Origin: Bacillota bacterium
Lineage (GTDB): Bacteria > Bacillota > Clostridia > Oscillospirales > Oscillospiraceae
Direction: 5' to 3'
Assembly (NCBI GenBank): GCA_009781925.1
Contig: WQUU01000134.1
Coordinates: 1 to 25,142, forward strand
Length of the DNA stretch: 25,142 nt
Below the pieces are notes generated by a model. The model had not been told where the DNA came from. It did not search any database and saw nothing but the letters and a program-made list of their open reading frames with translations. The translations under genes were made by a program, and so were the position numbers. This document shows positions 22,124 through 25,142 of this stretch, in pieces. Position 1 is the stretch's first letter. Every line of letters starts with the position of its first letter.

Positions 22124-22680
22124 AACGCCTTCGCCTCACAGTAAGCCTGAAATTTTTCATAAATCACGCTTGCCACTTCCCCAGGCGTCATATAAGTTGA
22201 ATCGATCACGAGATCGTAATTTAAGGGGTCGAGGTTATCCACGCCGTAAATCTCCTGAAAGCGCTCGTTTTCCAGCTGACCGCGCTCGATAAGCCTGCGC
22301 TCCGCCTCTTCCAGATCGGTATAGTTCTCCTCTTCGCCCCGTGGTTCGCCCATAACTCTTTCGGCGGCGACGAAGGGATCGACAGCGACATAGACTTTAA
22401 AGGAATTTTTCGCGAACTTCCAGGCCATGCGGGAATCAAAAATGACCGTCTCATTCTGCCGCTCAACGGAAATCTCGGAGACTTTGCTGTCAATCATATG
22501 ATCAAAAGACAAGTCCCGCGCCATGATTTGGTTCATTTCCAGGGTGCTGACCCCATGCTCCAGCGCGATCTCCCTCTGTATCGCGCCGGTGCTGTAGATT
22601 GGAAAACCATATTTGGCGTTCAGAATGGCGCAAACGGTCGATTTTCCGCTCCCCGGACTGCCCGCAATCGAGATGTGCAA
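22120..22680 (-). CDS. Cytidylate-kinase-like family P-loop NTPase (TTG start, GGAGG RBS)
   Basis: 186 aa. ISIAGSPGSGKSTV Walker A, small kinase fold, LID-like region. Confidence 0.65.
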   Translation of the reverse strand: MHISIAGSPGSGKSTVCAILNAKYGFPIYSTGAIQREIALEHGVSTLEMNQIMARDLSFDHMIDSKVSEISVERQNETVIFDSRMAWKFAKNSFKVYVAVDPFVAAERVMGEPRGEEENYTDLEEAERRLIERGQLENERFQEIYGVDNLDPLNYDLVIDSTYMTPGEVASVIYEKFQAYCEAKAL

Positions 22681-22740
22681 TTTGCTTTCCTCCGTTCCCT
22701 ACTGTCCCATGATCGTCGGTTTAAGGGCGACTACCCCGGC

Positions 22741-25005
22741 CTACTGTCCTCTCACAACTTCGCTCACATCCGCGATTTTACCTAGGCGGGCGGTGATCGC
22801 ATTGAGCTCGTTTAGGTCTTTGACCTCCACCGTCAGCGTGACGGTGGCAAGGCCGCGGCTGCCGCTCCGGGCGGAAAGGCCGCGCACTTTGGCGGACATG
22901 GCGGAGAGAGCGGTGGCGATGTCCACGACCAGGTTGTTCCTGTCCTTCGCCGCGAGCTTAAGGGTCGTCAAGTGGCCCTCGTCCCGCGCCGGGGCCCAGC
23001 TCACTTCCACCCAGCGGCCCTGCTCCTCCGGATCGCTGAGGCTGCCCAAATAGTTTGGGCAGTCCTTCCGGTGCACGGAGACGCCCGCGCCGCGGGTGAC
23101 ATAGCCCACGATGTCGTCTCCCGGTACCGGGGTGCAGCAGCGGGCAAATTTCACCAAAAAACTGTCCAGGCCCTCCACCATGACGCCGGAGCCGGTCTTT
23201 GCGGCGCGCTGTTTTTTCTTCTGGAGCTTTTCGTTGCGCTCCGCCAGCTCCTGATAGACCTGGAGGGGATCCTTCGGCGCACTCTGACGCAGGCGCAGGA
23301 TCTCGTCCCGGACGCGGTTTACGGCGCGGAGGGCGGTCATGCCGCCGTAGCCGATGGAGGCGAACATGTCGTCCAGAGAGCCCACGGCGATACGTTTCAA
23401 GAGGATCGGCAGCGTCTCCGCGTCCGTCACGTCCGCCATCGTGAGGCCGGCGCGCTTTAGCTCTCCCTCGAACATCACCCGGCCCTCCGCGATATTCTCT
23501 TCGCGCTTCTCCTTCTTGAACCACTGCTTGATCTTGGAGCGGGCCTCCCCGCTCTTGGCCAGCTTGAGCCAGTCCCGGCTGGGGCCGGAGGCGTTCTTCT
23601 GTGTCAGCACCTCGACGATGTCCCCGTTGCGCAGCGCGGCGCTCAGGGGCACGATGCGGCCGTTGACCTTGGCCCCCGTCATGCGGTTGCCCACGGCGGA
23701 GTGAATGGCGTAGGCAAAGTCGATGGGCGTGGCCCCGGCGGGCAGGTTGATCACATCCCCCTTGGGGGTGAAGACAAAGACCTCGTCCGCGAACATCTCG
23801 ACTTTCAGGTCATGGACAAAGTCCTGGGCGTCGGAGTCCTGCTGCGTCTCCAGGAGCCGGCGCACCCAGGCGAATTTTTCCTCATCCCCGGAGCGCACGC
23901 CGCTCTCCCCGCTCTTATACTTCCAGTGGGCGGCGATGCCGTACTCGGCGACCTGGTGCATCTCCCAGGTGCGTATTTGAACCTCGAAGGGGATGCCCTC
24001 CGTGCCGATGACGGTGGTGTGCAGGCTCTGGTAGAGGTTGGGTTTCGGCATACTGATGTAGTCCTTGAAACGGCCCGGTATCAGGCGGAACATGTCGTGG
24101 ATATGGCCCAAAACATTATAGCAGTCGGGGATGCTGTCCACGATGATCCGCAGGGCACAGAGATCAAAGATTTCGGACAGATCTTTTTTTTGGGCGTACA
24201 TCTTTCGGTAGATGCTGTAAATATGTTTCATGCGGCCGGTGATGGCGGCGTTGATGCCCCACTCCGAGAGCCTTTGGCCGATGCGCTCCTCCGCGCTCTG
24301 CATGAAGCGCTCCAACTGGATGTGGCGTTTTTCGAGGGCCTCCGTAATCTCCCGGTAGCCCACCGGGTCGAGATAGAGCAGGGATAAATCCTCCAGCTCC
24401 CATTTGATCTTCTGCATCCCCAGGCGATGGGCGATGGGGGCGTAGATCTCCATGGTCTCCAGGGACTTGGCCCGCTGTTTCTCCGGACTCTGATAGGCCA
24501 TGGTGCGCATGTTGTGGAGCCGGTCGGCGATTTTGATCAGGATGACGCGGATGTCCTTGGCCATGGCCATGAGCATCTTGCGCAGATTCTCCATCTGCTC
24601 GTCTTCCTTGCTGGTATACTGCACCCGGGTGAGCTTTGTGACCCCTTCGACAATGTCGGCCACAGAAACGCCAAAGCGTTTCGCGATGTCGTCGTACGTC
24701 AGGCTGGTGTCCTCCAGCGTGTCGTGCAGGAGGGCGGCGATGATGCTGTCCTCATCGAGGCCCATCTCGGCGGCGATCTCCGCGGCGGCAACGGTATGGG
24801 TCGCATAGGGCGTGCCGTCCCGCCGGCGCTGGCCCTTGTGGGCTGAAAGGGCAAGCTCATAGGCCGCGCGGATCCGACTAAAATCCGCATTGGGATTGAA
24901 CTGGCGCACTCTGTCGGTCAGCTCGGCGTAGAGCTGCTCCAGCAGCGCGCCGCCGCCCTCATCGCAGTCGCCCTGGGCGTCGCAGGAAATATTCTCATCG
25001 TTCAC
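22741..25005 (-). CDS. relA: Bifunctional (p)ppGpp synthetase/hydrolase Rel (HD, RelA_SpoT synthetase, TGS, ACT domains). GTG start at 25005 with an AAGGAGGTGA RBS is proposed instead of the track's TTG at 25044.
   Basis: HD-domain HDTLEDT..., synthetase motifs (RIKxxxS/YxSLH-like region), TGS and C-terminal ACT. A rel-dtd neighbourhood is conserved in Firmicutes. Confidence 0.9.
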   Translation of the reverse strand: MNDENISCDAQGDCDEGGGALLEQLYAELTDRVRQFNPNADFSRIRAAYELALSAHKGQRRRDGTPYATHTVAAAEIAAEMGLDEDSIIAALLHDTLEDTSLTYDDIAKRFGVSVADIVEGVTKLTRVQYTSKEDEQMENLRKMLMAMAKDIRVILIKIADRLHNMRTMAYQSPEKQRAKSLETMEIYAPIAHRLGMQKIKWELEDLSLLYLDPVGYREITEALEKRHIQLERFMQSAEERIGQRLSEWGINAAITGRMKHIYSIYRKMYAQKKDLSEIFDLCALRIIVDSIPDCYNVLGHIHDMFRLIPGRFKDYISMPKPNLYQSLHTTVIGTEGIPFEVQIRTWEMHQVAEYGIAAHWKYKSGESGVRSGDEEKFAWVRRLLETQQDSDAQDFVHDLKVEMFADEVFVFTPKGDVINLPAGATPIDFAYAIHSAVGNRMTGAKVNGRIVPLSAALRNGDIVEVLTQKNASGPSRDWLKLAKSGEARSKIKQWFKKEKREENIAEGRVMFEGELKRAGLTMADVTDAETLPILLKRIAVGSLDDMFASIGYGGMTALRAVNRVRDEILRLRQSAPKDPLQVYQELAERNEKLQKKKQRAAKTGSGVMVEGLDSFLVKFARCCTPVPGDDIVGYVTRGAGVSVHRKDCPNYLGSLSDPEEQGRWVEVSWAPARDEGHLTTLKLAAKDRNNLVVDIATALSAMSAKVRGLSARSGSRGLATVTLTVEVKDLNELNAITARLGKIADVSEVVRGQ

Positions 25006-25142
25006 GGAAATCACCTCCTTGTAAGGGCAGTTAACAAGGAACAATGCGAATCACGAGTAGAAAAAAGAGAGCATGGCAAGCCTTGCGAAGATAAAAGCAA
25101 CAAGGCCGAGAGCCGAACGGATCTTAGAGGCGTGCTGAATAT

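Noticed and set aside
22697-22749. Direct repeat CCTACTGTCC (22698-22707 and 22740-22749) between the rel stop and the kinase-like gene
   Set aside because: It is probably remnants of REP termini (CCCTAC) rather than an independent regulatory repeat. It is subsumed under the REP family finding.

Overview
This is a high-GC, Clostridia-like chromosomal segment with almost every gene on the minus strand. In order from the window start: (1) the N-terminal part of a BlaR1/MecR1-type M56 peptidase running off the window edge, its BlaI/MecI repressor, and a palindromic TACA/TGTA operator sitting in the repressor's own promoter. (2) An OmpR-type response regulator, a sensor histidine kinase and an HtrA/DegP protease, all on one strand, which reads as a cell-envelope stress module. 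(3) A fused FeoA-FeoB ferrous iron transporter with an unusual Cys4/His-rich linker. (4) A 1.3-kb low-GC island with divergent XRE regulators, an operator-laden promoter, and a PIN-domain gene broken by an in-frame stop. (5) A translationally coupled DUF1836 - NfeD - flotillin operon whose NfeD carries a Gly/His-rich tandem repeat. (6) A GH13 glycosidase. (7) A candidate small RNA that has a promoter, a CU-rich stretch and a strong terminator but no coding gene. (8) An ECF sigma/anti-sigma pair. (9) Housekeeping genes dus, xth and trmB. (10) A second low-GC island with a RelB/DinJ antitoxin, a C-terminally truncated YoeB toxin, another XRE regulator and a small standalone Spo0A-C-like protein. 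(11) A lipoprotein, then an MBL hydrolase - dtd - cytidylate-kinase-like - rel operon. Running through the intergenic spacers is a family of GC-rich palindromes flanked by GTAG(G)/CCTAC (REP-like elements, several subtypes, including BIME-like inverted pairs and a 240-bp composite cluster). Their CCCTA(C) ends repeatedly supply the TAG stop codon of the upstream gene. I saw no rRNA, tRNA or CRISPR array. All calls come from reading the sequence and motif-level recognition; no database searches were run.
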